Assembly: GCA_965204615.1 (NCBI GenBank)
Contig: OZ242000.1
Span: 214,956 to 278,955 of the forward strand
DNA length: 64,000 nt
DNA from: Acidimicrobiia bacterium
GTDB lineage: Bacteria; Actinomycetota; Acidimicrobiia; Spongiisociales; ZC4RG35
Direction of reading: 5' to 3'
This document shows positions 56,465 through 64,000 of the stretch, piece by piece. Numbering within the stretch: position 1 is the stretch's first letter; the number at the start of each line of letters is the position of its first letter. A program made the position numbers and the translations under genes. The notes beneath the pieces are model-generated. The model searched no databases, had not been told where the DNA came from, and worked only from the letters and a program-made list of their open reading frames with translations.

Positions 56465-57910
56465 ATGGAGAAGACCATGAGCCACGTGGTGATAATCATG
56501 GCGGCCGGTGACGGCGTCCGCATGAGATCGGAGACGCCCAAGGTGCTGCACCCCCTGGGGGGTCGGCCAATCCTCTCCTGGATAGTGGAGGCGGCCTCTG
56601 CCACCGGACCCGAACGGATGATGGTGGTGGTGGGATCGGGGGCCCGCCGGGTGAGATCCCTCCTGCCCGAATGGGTGGAGACCTGCTTTCAGTCCGAGCG
56701 TCGGGGCACGGGACACGCGGTCTCCGTGGCGATGGAGGCGTTGGGAGAACTGCCGGACCGGATGCCGGTGGTGGTGCTTCCCGGTGATGTGCCGCTCGTT
56801 TCGTCCGAGGCGATCTCCGAGGCTGTAGCGTCGCACCGCTCCGGGGGTGAGGCAGCCACCATGCTCACCGCCCGGGCGGAGAATCCGGAGGGATACGGGA
56901 GAGTGCTGCGTGACGCGGCGGGACGGGTCAGGGGAGTGGTGGAGCATGTGGACGCCACGGCTGTGCAGCGGGAGATCTGTGAGGTCAACACCAGCATGTA
57001 CGTCTTTTCGGCCGCACCCCTGCGTGACGGTCTGGGTCGGATCGGGATGGGGAACCGGCAGGGCGAGTATTACCTGCCTGATGTCATCGGGGTGATGGTC
57101 GGCGACGGCCGGACGGTGGCGGCCCGGCTGATGCCCTTCGATGACTCACTGGGAGTGAACGACCAGGTTCAGTTGGCGGAGGCGTCGGCTCTGATGAGGA
57201 GGCGAATCCTCGACCGGCACATGCTGGCCGGGGTGAGGGTGGAGGATCCCGAGCGGGTCTATGTGGAGGCGGGTGTGAGGCTTGCTTCGGGTGTCCGGCT
57301 GTATCCGGGCGTGCACCTGGAGGGCGACGTGGAGGTGGGGGAAGGGGCGGTGCTGGGGCCCGATGTCCATGTCCGTGACAGCCGGATCGGAGCCGGCGCC
57401 CGGGTGTGGTACTCGGTGGTGCGGGAAGCCGAGATAGGCCCGGGCGTCGAAGTCGGTCCCTACGCCTCGTTGCGACCGGGCACCCGGATCGAGGCAGGCG
57501 CCAAGGCCGGCACATTCGTGGAGATCAAGAACACCCGGCTGGGGCCGGGCGCCAAGGCGCCCCATCTCTCCTATCTGGGTGACGCCGATGTCGGAGAGGG
57601 TGCCAACGTCGGCGCCGGGACCATCACCGCCAACTACGACGGGTACCAAAAGCACCGCACCACCATCGGGGCGGGGGCGCAGATCGGCTCCAACACGGTC
57701 CTGGTGGCGCCGGTGGAGGTGGGAGAGGAAGGATGGGTCGGAGCGGGCTCCACCATCACTCGACCGGTGGAATCGGGCGCCCTGGCGGTGGAGCGTTCCC
57801 AGCAGAAGAACATCCGGGGTTATGCCGAGCGCCGGGCGGCCCGCTACCGTCAGGGGGACCGAAAGGATCACCCACAGTCGGGGCCCCCCGAGCCGACCGG
57901 AGACAGCTGA
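56465..57910 (+). CDS. glmU: Bifunctional GlmU
   Basis: AAGDGVRMRSETPKVLH, GEYYLPD, hexapeptide repeats, HLSYLGDA, NYDG. Confidence 0.97.
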   Translation: MEKTMSHVVIIMAAGDGVRMRSETPKVLHPLGGRPILSWIVEAASATGPERMMVVVGSGARRVRSLLPEWVETCFQSERRGTGHAVSVAMEALGELPDRMPVVVLPGDVPLVSSEAISEAVASHRSGGEAATMLTARAENPEGYGRVLRDAAGRVRGVVEHVDATAVQREICEVNTSMYVFSAAPLRDGLGRIGMGNRQGEYYLPDVIGVMVGDGRTVAARLMPFDDSLGVNDQVQLAEASALMRRRILDRHMLAGVRVEDPERVYVEAGVRLASGVRLYPGVHLEGDVEVGEGAVLGPDVHVRDSRIGAGARVWYSVVREAEIGPGVEVGPYASLRPGTRIEAGAKAGTFVEIKNTRLGPGAKAPHLSYLGDADVGEGANVGAGTITANYDGYQKHRTTIGAGAQIGSNTVLVAPVEVGEEGWVGAGSTITRPVESGALAVERSQQKNIRGYAERRAARYRQGDRKDHPQSGPPEPTGDS

Positions 57911-57924
57911 ATGGAGACCCTCGG

Positions 57925-58893
57925 ATGGATATAGCCGACCGCAAGGAGATGCGGATCTTCTCCGGCAGTCATAATCTGGAACTCGCCGAGGAGGTGGCCG
58001 AACTTCTCGGGGTGTCCCTGGGTCGGTTGAACAAGTCCACGTTCTCCAGCGGGGAACTCTACGCGCGGGTCGGGGAGAGCGTGCGGGGCTTCGACTGTTT
58101 TGTCTTCCAGAGCCATTCCTTCCCCATCAACGATGCGGTTATGGAGCAGTTGATAATCATCGATGCGCTCCGCCGCGCATCGGCCCGCCGGATCACCGCG
58201 GTGATGCCCTACTACGGGTACTGCCGCCAGGACAAGAAGGTGCTCCCCCGTGAGCCGATCACCGCCCGGCTGATGGGTGATCTCTACATGGCGGCGGGTG
58301 CCGACCGGCTGGTCTCGGTCGACCTTCACACCGGACAGTTGCAGGGGTTCATAACAAAGCCGTTCGATCACCTGACCGCAATCCCGATCATCAGCGAGTA
58401 CCTGTCCACGGTGACCACCGGGGATGTGACCATCGTCTCTCCCGATGCGGGAGGCGGCAAGCGCGCCGAGAAATATGCCAGGCAGTTGAACGCCGACGTG
58501 GCGTTGGTCTACAAGCGGCGGGACGACCTCGTGCACAACTTCTCCGAGGCGTTGGCGGTGACGGGTGAAGTGGAGGGTCGTAATGCGGTGATAGTGGACG
58601 ACATCATCGACACGGCCGGCACGGTGTGCAACGCGGCCGAACTCATCCGGGAAATGGGGGCTGCCTCCGTCCGGATCGCGGCCACCCACGCGGTCCTGTC
58701 GGAACAGGCGGTCAGGCGTCTCAGCGAGAGCGGAGTTGACGAGATCGTGGTCACCAACACCCTCCCGGTTCCCGCCGCCGACCAGATCGAGAACCTGAAA
58801 GTCCTCTCAATCGCCTCGATCGTCGCCAAGTCCGTGCATGCCATCTTCACCGAGGGATCGGTGAGTCAGATCTTCCTGGGCGAAAACGCCTGA
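57925..58893 (+). CDS. prs: Ribose-phosphate pyrophosphokinase
   Basis: PYYGYCRQDKK, DLHTGQ, SPDAGG, VDDIIDTAGT. Confidence 0.97.
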   Translation: MDIADRKEMRIFSGSHNLELAEEVAELLGVSLGRLNKSTFSSGELYARVGESVRGFDCFVFQSHSFPINDAVMEQLIIIDALRRASARRITAVMPYYGYCRQDKKVLPREPITARLMGDLYMAAGADRLVSVDLHTGQLQGFITKPFDHLTAIPIISEYLSTVTTGDVTIVSPDAGGGKRAEKYARQLNADVALVYKRRDDLVHNFSEALAVTGEVEGRNAVIVDDIIDTAGTVCNAAELIREMGAASVRIAATHAVLSEQAVRRLSESGVDEIVVTNTLPVPAADQIENLKVLSIASIVAKSVHAIFTEGSVSQIFLGENA

Positions 58894-58900
58894 TCCGCCC

Positions 58901-59305
58901 TTGGACACCCAGACTTTCGAGGTTCGCACCGGCCGGCAGGCCACCATTGCGGATCTGACGCCGCAGGTGATGACGTTCTGCAGATCGCGGGGAGACGGTC
59001 TGGTGTCGGTGTTCGCTCCCCACTCGACCTGTGGGGTTGCCCTGATCGAGACCGGGTCGGGGAGCGTTCCGGATCTCATGGACGCCCTGGAGCGACTGCT
59101 GCCCCGCGGCTTCGACTGGCGCCACCGCCACGGTTCGCCCGGCCACGGGGCGGACCATGTAATGCCGGTCTTTGTCTCTCCCAGCCTGGTGGTGCCGGTG
59201 TTGGATGGCCGCCCGGCGCTGGGAGTCTGGCAGTCGATCGTGTTGGTGGACCCCAACCGGGACAACCCGGTGAGGAAGGTGCGTCTCAGCTTCATCCCGG
59301 CCTAG
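58901..59305 (+). CDS. yjbQ: YjbQ/UPF0047 family protein
   Basis: PHSTCG, HRHGSPGHGADH, LGVWQSI. Confidence 0.9.
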   Translation: MDTQTFEVRTGRQATIADLTPQVMTFCRSRGDGLVSVFAPHSTCGVALIETGSGSVPDLMDALERLLPRGFDWRHRHGSPGHGADHVMPVFVSPSLVVPVLDGRPALGVWQSIVLVDPNRDNPVRKVRLSFIPA

Positions 59306-59393
59306 CTCCGGGGAGACGGGGGTCACCCCCGACGAATCGTGACGAGAGAGGGAAGGCGCCGGCTGGGTCGCGAACAGTCCGGGCCGGACAGAC

Positions 59394-59423
59394 TTGACCC
59401 GCGGCAGGTGCGGTCTCCACACT
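59394..59423 (+). promoter_or_regulatory. Candidate sigma70-type promoter
   Basis: TTGACC-N18-CACACT directly before the structured non-coding segment. Confidence 0.45.
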
Positions 59424-59521
59424 GTTCTGTAGCTGCAGGAAACCAAGTCCCCGGGGACGAGTTCGTCCGGGACCGGGCCGATCCGCCCTCGCCCCCAAGA
59501 TCGGTTAGCGACAGGCAAACC

Positions 59522-60933
59522 GGATCTTCGGAAATTAGAGGGGAGTTGGGAATCCATTGATTGTGAGGGAGGGTCCTCCATAATCGGGTGCTGAACCAAT
59601 TTCACATCCGAAAAGGAGGACCCTGTGGAGACTGATGGTAGGCGTATGTGCGAGTTGTTGGTGGGGCTGGGTGAGGTGGATCTGGTGGGAGTCGAGGAGC
59701 TGGAGGGCGACCGGTTGAGAGTGACGATTCGGTCGCGGGCTCCTCGCCCGGTGTGCGGGGGGTGTGGTGGGAGGGTGTGGTCCAAGGGTGATCAGCCGGT
59801 GGGGTTGGTGGACTTGCCGGCGTTTGGTCGTCCTGTGCGGCTATGGTGGCGGAAACGCCGTTGGATGTGCCCGAACCAGGACTGTGGTGTGAGGTCGTTC
59901 TCGGAGCAAGATCTGGCGGTGGCGCCGGAGCGGGCGTTGTTGACATCTCGCGCTGGGCGGTGGGCCACCTATCAGGTGGGCCGTGGGGGGCGGACAGTGT
60001 CGGAGGTGGCAGAAGAGTTGGGGTGTGATTGGCACACGGTGAACACTGAGGTTGTCCGGTGGGGAGATGCGCTGTTGGAAGCGGACAAGGATCGGTTTGG
60101 TTCCGTGGAGGCGGTGGGGGTGGACGAGACGCTGTTCTGGCGCAAAGGCAGGTGGAGAACCAAGCAGTGGTGCACGTCGGTGGTGGACGTGGGCGGACGT
60201 CAGTTGTTGGACATTGTGCCTGGTAGAACAGCAAATAGCGCCGCCTCGTGGTTCCAGAACCAGCCCACGGAGTGGCGTGAGGCTATCCGGTGGGCGGTGT
60301 TGGACATGTCAGGCCCCTACCAGGTGGCCTACGACCGTGTGCTGCCCCACGCCTACCAGGTGGCCGACCCCTTTCATGTGGTCCGGTTAGCGAACCGCTG
60401 TGTTGATCTGGTGCGCCGCAGGGTCCAGAACGAGACACTGGGACACCGAGGACGAAGGGGCGAACCGCTGTATCGGATACGGCGGTTGTTGGTCATGGCG
60501 TCTGAACGGCTCGACAGCCGCGGTGAGAAACGCATCCAGGGGCTGTTGCGGGCTGGTGACCCCTACGGAGAAGTACGTGACGCCTGGTACGCCAAGGAAA
60601 GCGTCCGCGACATCTACCAGATCGGAGACCCTCGGCTGGCTGCGGAGTTCACCCACCAGCTGTCCGGGGATCTCCAGGACCGGTCACTCTCACCGGAGGT
60701 CAACCGTCTCGGGCGGACTATCGCTCGTTGGGCTACCCAGATCACGAATTGGCATCACTCGGCGGTGACCAACGGACCCACTGAAGGTCTGAACAATCTG
60801 ATCAAGCGAATCAAACGAGCAGCGTTCGGTTTCCGGAACTTCTCCAACTACCGGATCCGAGCGCTCTTATACGCCGGAAAGCCCAACTGGAAGCTCCTCG
60901 CAACCATCACTCCCCTCTAATTTCCGAAGTGCC
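59522..60933 (+). mobile_element. Intact ISL3-family insertion sequence
   Basis: IRs GGATCTTCGGAAATTAGAGGGGAGT / GGCACTTCGGAAATTAGAGGGGAGT; 8-bp target duplication GGCAAACC (59514-21, 60934-41). Confidence 0.96.
59625..60920 (+). CDS. ISL3 family transposase
   Basis: CGGCG zinc finger, GVDET, LDMSGPY, DPFHVV, TNGPTEGLNNLIKRIKRAAFGFRNF. Confidence 0.96.
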   Translation: METDGRRMCELLVGLGEVDLVGVEELEGDRLRVTIRSRAPRPVCGGCGGRVWSKGDQPVGLVDLPAFGRPVRLWWRKRRWMCPNQDCGVRSFSEQDLAVAPERALLTSRAGRWATYQVGRGGRTVSEVAEELGCDWHTVNTEVVRWGDALLEADKDRFGSVEAVGVDETLFWRKGRWRTKQWCTSVVDVGGRQLLDIVPGRTANSAASWFQNQPTEWREAIRWAVLDMSGPYQVAYDRVLPHAYQVADPFHVVRLANRCVDLVRRRVQNETLGHRGRRGEPLYRIRRLLVMASERLDSRGEKRIQGLLRAGDPYGEVRDAWYAKESVRDIYQIGDPRLAAEFTHQLSGDLQDRSLSPEVNRLGRTIARWATQITNWHHSAVTNGPTEGLNNLIKRIKRAAFGFRNFSNYRIRALLYAGKPNWKLLATITPL

Positions 60934-61197
60934 GGCAAACCACCAACCCGACCCCACTGACCCTCAAAGCGACAGGATATTACCCAACCTGTCGCTGTCA
61001 CAGGGAGGAGGTGCTGATACCAGAACCGGTACTCTAAAGGTCAGAACAGGCACTGACCTGGACATTGAGGGCCACTGAAGTCATCGAGGGAGGGCCCGAC
61101 GGGAGGAGGAGGGTGCGCCTGGTTTTCGCGACGTAGGCATGGTTTTCGCGGAAAGGCGCCGCACGGGTGGCGCCGCCGGGGTGGTCGTGGAAGACCT

Positions 61198-62013
61198 TCA
61201 GATCCTCTTGGTCGGGGGTATGAGGATGTTCTCATCCGGGAAGATCAGATTCGGGTCGCCGGACCGGATCTCTTCACGGTTGGCCTCGATCAGATCCACC
61301 CAGTAGGAAGCGATCTGCTGGATGGTGGGGGGATGTCCCGGAGCCTGTGAGACAACCCTTCGGGCGATGTCCCATAGATTGTCGCCTGCCGCGATCCGGT
61401 ACCGGCTCCCGGGCGTGGGTTGCTCGACAGAGGAGACGCTCCGGGCCCCGTTATGTGAGGAACCTTCCGGTGCCGCCGGGGATCCGAACGTCGGAGCGCC
61501 CAGTTTGAGGACCGGATGGGGAAAGCGAAAGAGGTCGGAGTCCAACGGCTCTTCCACGGGGACCGGAGACTCGGACATCTGGGTGGCCAACGGGACCGGG
61601 AACGAGCCCGACTCCCAGGTCGGAGCCGGACGATCGGTCGAGGCCAGTGCCGGGATCGAACTTCCCAGGGTGGTGGCGGCCACGGCGCCCACCAGCACCT
61701 GTGCGCCGAGGGTGCGGGTGAAGGGGATGGCAAGAGGTGTGGCGAGCCGCATCGCGGGAGCGATCCTGGACCATCGTGCCGCCAGGTAGAAGGAGGTGGA
61801 AAGGAGAATCCACCACCCGCAGGCCAGGCCCGCCAGTCGAGCGGCGGCCAGGATCGCATCGTCCGGCGGGGTGGAGGAGAGCCACTGTGGGAGGTTGGGC
61901 CAGTCGATCGACAGCCATCTCACCTGCCCCAGGCGATGGAGGGCGAAGGTTGTGGCGGAGACAAGACCCAGGAAGCCTGCCAGGGTGGCCGCGGATGTGA
62001 TTCGTTTGTTCAT
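61198..62013 (-). CDS. Membrane protein with a C-terminal LysM domain
   Basis: YRIAAGDNLWDIARR...ANR...DPNLIFP; N-terminal TMs. Confidence 0.88.
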   Translation of the reverse strand: MNKRITSAATLAGFLGLVSATTFALHRLGQVRWLSIDWPNLPQWLSSTPPDDAILAAARLAGLACGWWILLSTSFYLAARWSRIAPAMRLATPLAIPFTRTLGAQVLVGAVAATTLGSSIPALASTDRPAPTWESGSFPVPLATQMSESPVPVEEPLDSDLFRFPHPVLKLGAPTFGSPAAPEGSSHNGARSVSSVEQPTPGSRYRIAAGDNLWDIARRVVSQAPGHPPTIQQIASYWVDLIEANREEIRSGDPNLIFPDENILIPPTKRI

Positions 62014-62136
62014 ATACCAGCATGGAGCCGGCCGTCAGGGATGTGCCAACCCCGGACGGGGAGGGTTATTCGCGACTTGCGCCTGTTTTTTGACTGTTAA
62101 TATCGGGCGGGCGTCTCAGCGGGAGAACCATCGAGA

Positions 62137-62367
62137 ATGAAGATCAAGGTCGGAATCGCCCACACCAATCGGGTGATAGAAATCGAGAGCCAGGACGCGG
62201 AGGGAGTGCGTTCCCAGATAGAAGACGCCTTCGCGAACTCCCGACCGATGGTGTGGCTTGATGACAGCGACGGTACGCGAATCGGCATCCCGCGCGAGAT
62301 GTTGGCCTTCGTCGAGTTCGAGAGCTCCGGCGAGCGCTCGGGGGTGGGTTTCGCGGCGGGCGGCTAG
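62137..62367 (+). CDS. DUF3107 family protein
   Basis: MKIKVGIAHTNRVIEIES...LAFVEF...VGF. Confidence 0.88.
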   Translation: MKIKVGIAHTNRVIEIESQDAEGVRSQIEDAFANSRPMVWLDDSDGTRIGIPREMLAFVEFESSGERSGVGFAAGG

Positions 62368-62648
62368 GAGGCGAGGTAGCGGCGACGGCGCCTGGCAAGC
62401 CAGCGCTTGCGGTGCCTCCGGCGGTCCTCCTCCGACAAGCCTCCCCAAACTCCCGACTCCTGGTTCGTGTTCAAGGCGTAGCTCAAGCATTCCTCCTGCA
62501 CTGCGCACTCGTTGCAGATGGCAGTCGCCATGGCGATCTGTTCGACCGCGGGTCCGGTGCTGCCGATCGGGAAAAACAGGTTCGGGTCGGAGTCAAGGCA
62601 GGCGGCCAAGTCTCGCCAGTCGGTGGTGATAGTGAGCAAAGAAGTCAT
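62364..62648 (-). CDS. whiB1: WhiB-family Fe-S transcription factor (WhiB1/WblE-like)
   Basis: DWRDLAAC..DPNLFFPIGSTGPA, four Cys, GVWGGLSEEDRR. Confidence 0.85.
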   Translation of the reverse strand: MTSLLTITTDWRDLAACLDSDPNLFFPIGSTGPAVEQIAMATAICNECAVQEECLSYALNTNQESGVWGGLSEEDRRRHRKRWLARRRRRYLAS

Positions 62649-62664
62649 CTCCTGAATATAAGAT

Positions 62665-62680
62665 TGTGAACACTTTCACA
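62665..62680. promoter_or_regulatory. CRP-consensus palindrome upstream of whiB1
   Basis: Exact TGTGA-N6-TCACA. Confidence 0.6.
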
Positions 62681-62828
62681 AGGCTCTACCCTGCAAAAGG
62701 CTCACAAGAAATCGGTTCCAAACGGAAAGACTAGAGTCGCCGGATGGGATTGTCAAGCAAAGTCGGGATTTTTTTCTTGCGACAGGTGCGAATTTTTCGG
62801 GCTAGCCTTTTGGGTAGCCGACTATTTC

Positions 62829-62900
62829 GCCCTCGTAGCTCAGGGGACAGAGCACCGGTCTCCGGAACCGGGTGCGCAGGTTCGAGTCCTGCCGAGGGCG
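62829..62900 (+). tRNA. tRNA-Arg(CCG)
   Basis: Acceptor GCCCTCG/CGAGGGC; anticodon arm CCGGT-CTCCGGA-ACCGG. Confidence 0.95.
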
Positions 62901-62949
62901 CCGACGCCGGACAATCCGCTGTCCGGGAGAGCGGGATCCTGACTTAAAG

Positions 62950-62986
62950 CTCGAGGGCGCCCCCCGGTTGGGGAAGCGCCCTCGAG
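62950..62986. terminator. Hairpin between convergent tRNA-Arg and glnA
   Basis: CTCGAGGGCGC...GCGCCCTCGAG, perfect 11-bp stem. Confidence 0.65.
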
Positions 62987-62998
62987 GTTGGCTGTGGC

Positions 62999-64000
62999 TT
63001 AGATGTCGTAGTAGAGCTCGTACTCCACGGGGGTGGGGTGCCGTCTCACCAGGCTCGCTTCGTTGTCCCGCTTGTAGGAGATCCAGGTGTCGATCAGGTC
63101 CTGGTCGAACACGCCTCCCTCGGTGAGGAAGTCGTGGTCCGCCTCCAGGGCGTCCAGGGCCTCGTCGAGGTTGGAGGGGACGGTATTCAAACCGGCGGCC
63201 TCCTCGGGGCTCAACTCATAGAGGTCCACGTCCACCGGCTCTCCCGGATCGATCTGGTTCCGGACCCCGTCCAAGCCGGCCATCAGCATGGCGGCGAAGG
63301 CGTAATAGGGGTTGCAGGAGGGATCGGGGCAGCGGAACTCGAGCCGCTTGGCCGAGGGTGACTGCGAGTAGGTGGGGATACGGATAGCCGCAGAGCGGTT
63401 GCGCTCGCTGTAAACCAGGTTCACGGGCGCCTCGAAGCCGGGGACCAGTCTCCGGTAGGAGTTGGTTCCCGGGGCGGCGAAGGCCAGGATGGCGGGCGCA
63501 TGGGCGATGAGGCCGCCTGCATACCAACGGGCCATGTCCGAGAGGTTGGCGTAGGTGCCCTTCTCGTAGAAGAGCGGCTTCCCGTCCTTCCAGAGGCTCT
63601 GGTGGGTATGCATCCCCGAACCATTGTCGGCGAAGATCGGCTTGGGCATGAACGTGACCGTCTTCCCCGCCTGAAGCGCCACGTTCTTGCAGATGTACTT
63701 GTACATCATCAGACGATCGGCTTGCAGGAGCAACGGCGCGTAGCGGATGTCGATCTCGGCCTGCCCGGCGGTGCCCACCTCGTGGTGGTGGATCTCAACC
63801 GGGATGCCGGCTTCGATCATCGTGGCCACCATCTCCGAGCGAATGTCCTGTTGGGTGTCGTTGGGAGAGAGCGGGAAGTACGCTTCCTTGTGGCGCATCT
63901 TGTGGCCCAGGTTGCCGCCCTCTTCCTGCCGCATCGAGTTCCAGGCGGCCTCGCCGGAGTCCACCTCGTAGAAGGAGGTGTTGCTGTGATGGTCCACCTG
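62999..64000 (-). CDS. glnA: Glutamine synthetase type I (5' end outside the window)
   Basis: [50 protein letters not shown], adenylylation-site DLYEL. Confidence 0.98.
   Translation of the reverse strand, partial: QVDHHSNTSFYEVDSGEAAWNSMRQEEGGNLGHKMRHKEAYFPLSPNDTQQDIRSEMVATMIEAGIPVEIHHHEVGTAGQAEIDIRYAPLLLQADRLMMYKYICKNVALQAGKTVTFMPKPIFADNGSGMHTHQSLWKDGKPLFYEKGTYANLSDMARWYAGGLIAHAPAILAFAAPGTNSYRRLVPGFEAPVNLVYSERNRSAAIRIPTYSQSPSAKRLEFRCPDPSCNPYYAFAAMLMAGLDGVRNQIDPGEPVDVDLYELSPEEAAGLNTVPSNLDEALDALEADHDFLTEGGVFDQDLIDTWISYKRDNEASLVRRHPTPVEYELYYDI

Larger units (their letters stand above)
59429..61130 (+). ncRNA. Candidate ~280-nt Ms1/6S-like structured RNA interrupted by ISL3
   Basis: Segments on either side of the IS pair in nested order (GGAAACCA/TGGTTTTC, CGGGCC/GGCCCG, CCCTCG/CGAGGG), plus internal hairpins; no credible ORF. 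Confidence 0.45.

Noticed and set aside
61011-61037. Tiny ORF VLIPEPVL after GGAGGAG
   Set aside because: The SD-like sequence abuts the GTG, the peptide is only 8 codons, and the segment is better explained as part of the structured RNA candidate

Overview
High-GC actinobacterial chromosome segment. The gene content suggests Acidimicrobiia; this is an inference. The left arm (1-15.75 kb) carries an enoyl-CoA hydratase, a membrane-anchored HNH nuclease, tRNA-Gln/Glu, a Tad/Flp pilus operon, uppP, plsY, moeA-moaC and tRNA-Ala. The right arm (49.4-64 kb) carries two tRNA-Ser, two paralogous lipoproteins, rsmI-tatD-rsmA-ispE-tRNA-Gln-glmU-prs-yjbQ, an intact ISL3, LysM, DUF3107, whiB1-like, tRNA-Arg and the 3' part of glnA. 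Between the inward-facing 3' ends of tRNA-Ala and tRNA-Ser lies a ~33.7 kb accessory region with SLH surface proteins, nested IS remnants, a fused kinase-regulator and an amidohydrolase-rich catabolic cluster. Most interesting: (1) an SLH-anchored protein with 21 near-identical 111-bp RCC1/BLIP-II-like repeats, whose two hypervariable slots appear shuffled independently between repeats; (2) two IS110 elements nested in one IS21 left end, with putative bridge-RNA guides that match their own junctions, one apparently programmed to the IS21 terminal repeat; (3) a ~280-nt structured Ms1/6S-like ncRNA candidate split by the ISL3. All calls come from reading the sequence by eye; no database searches were run.
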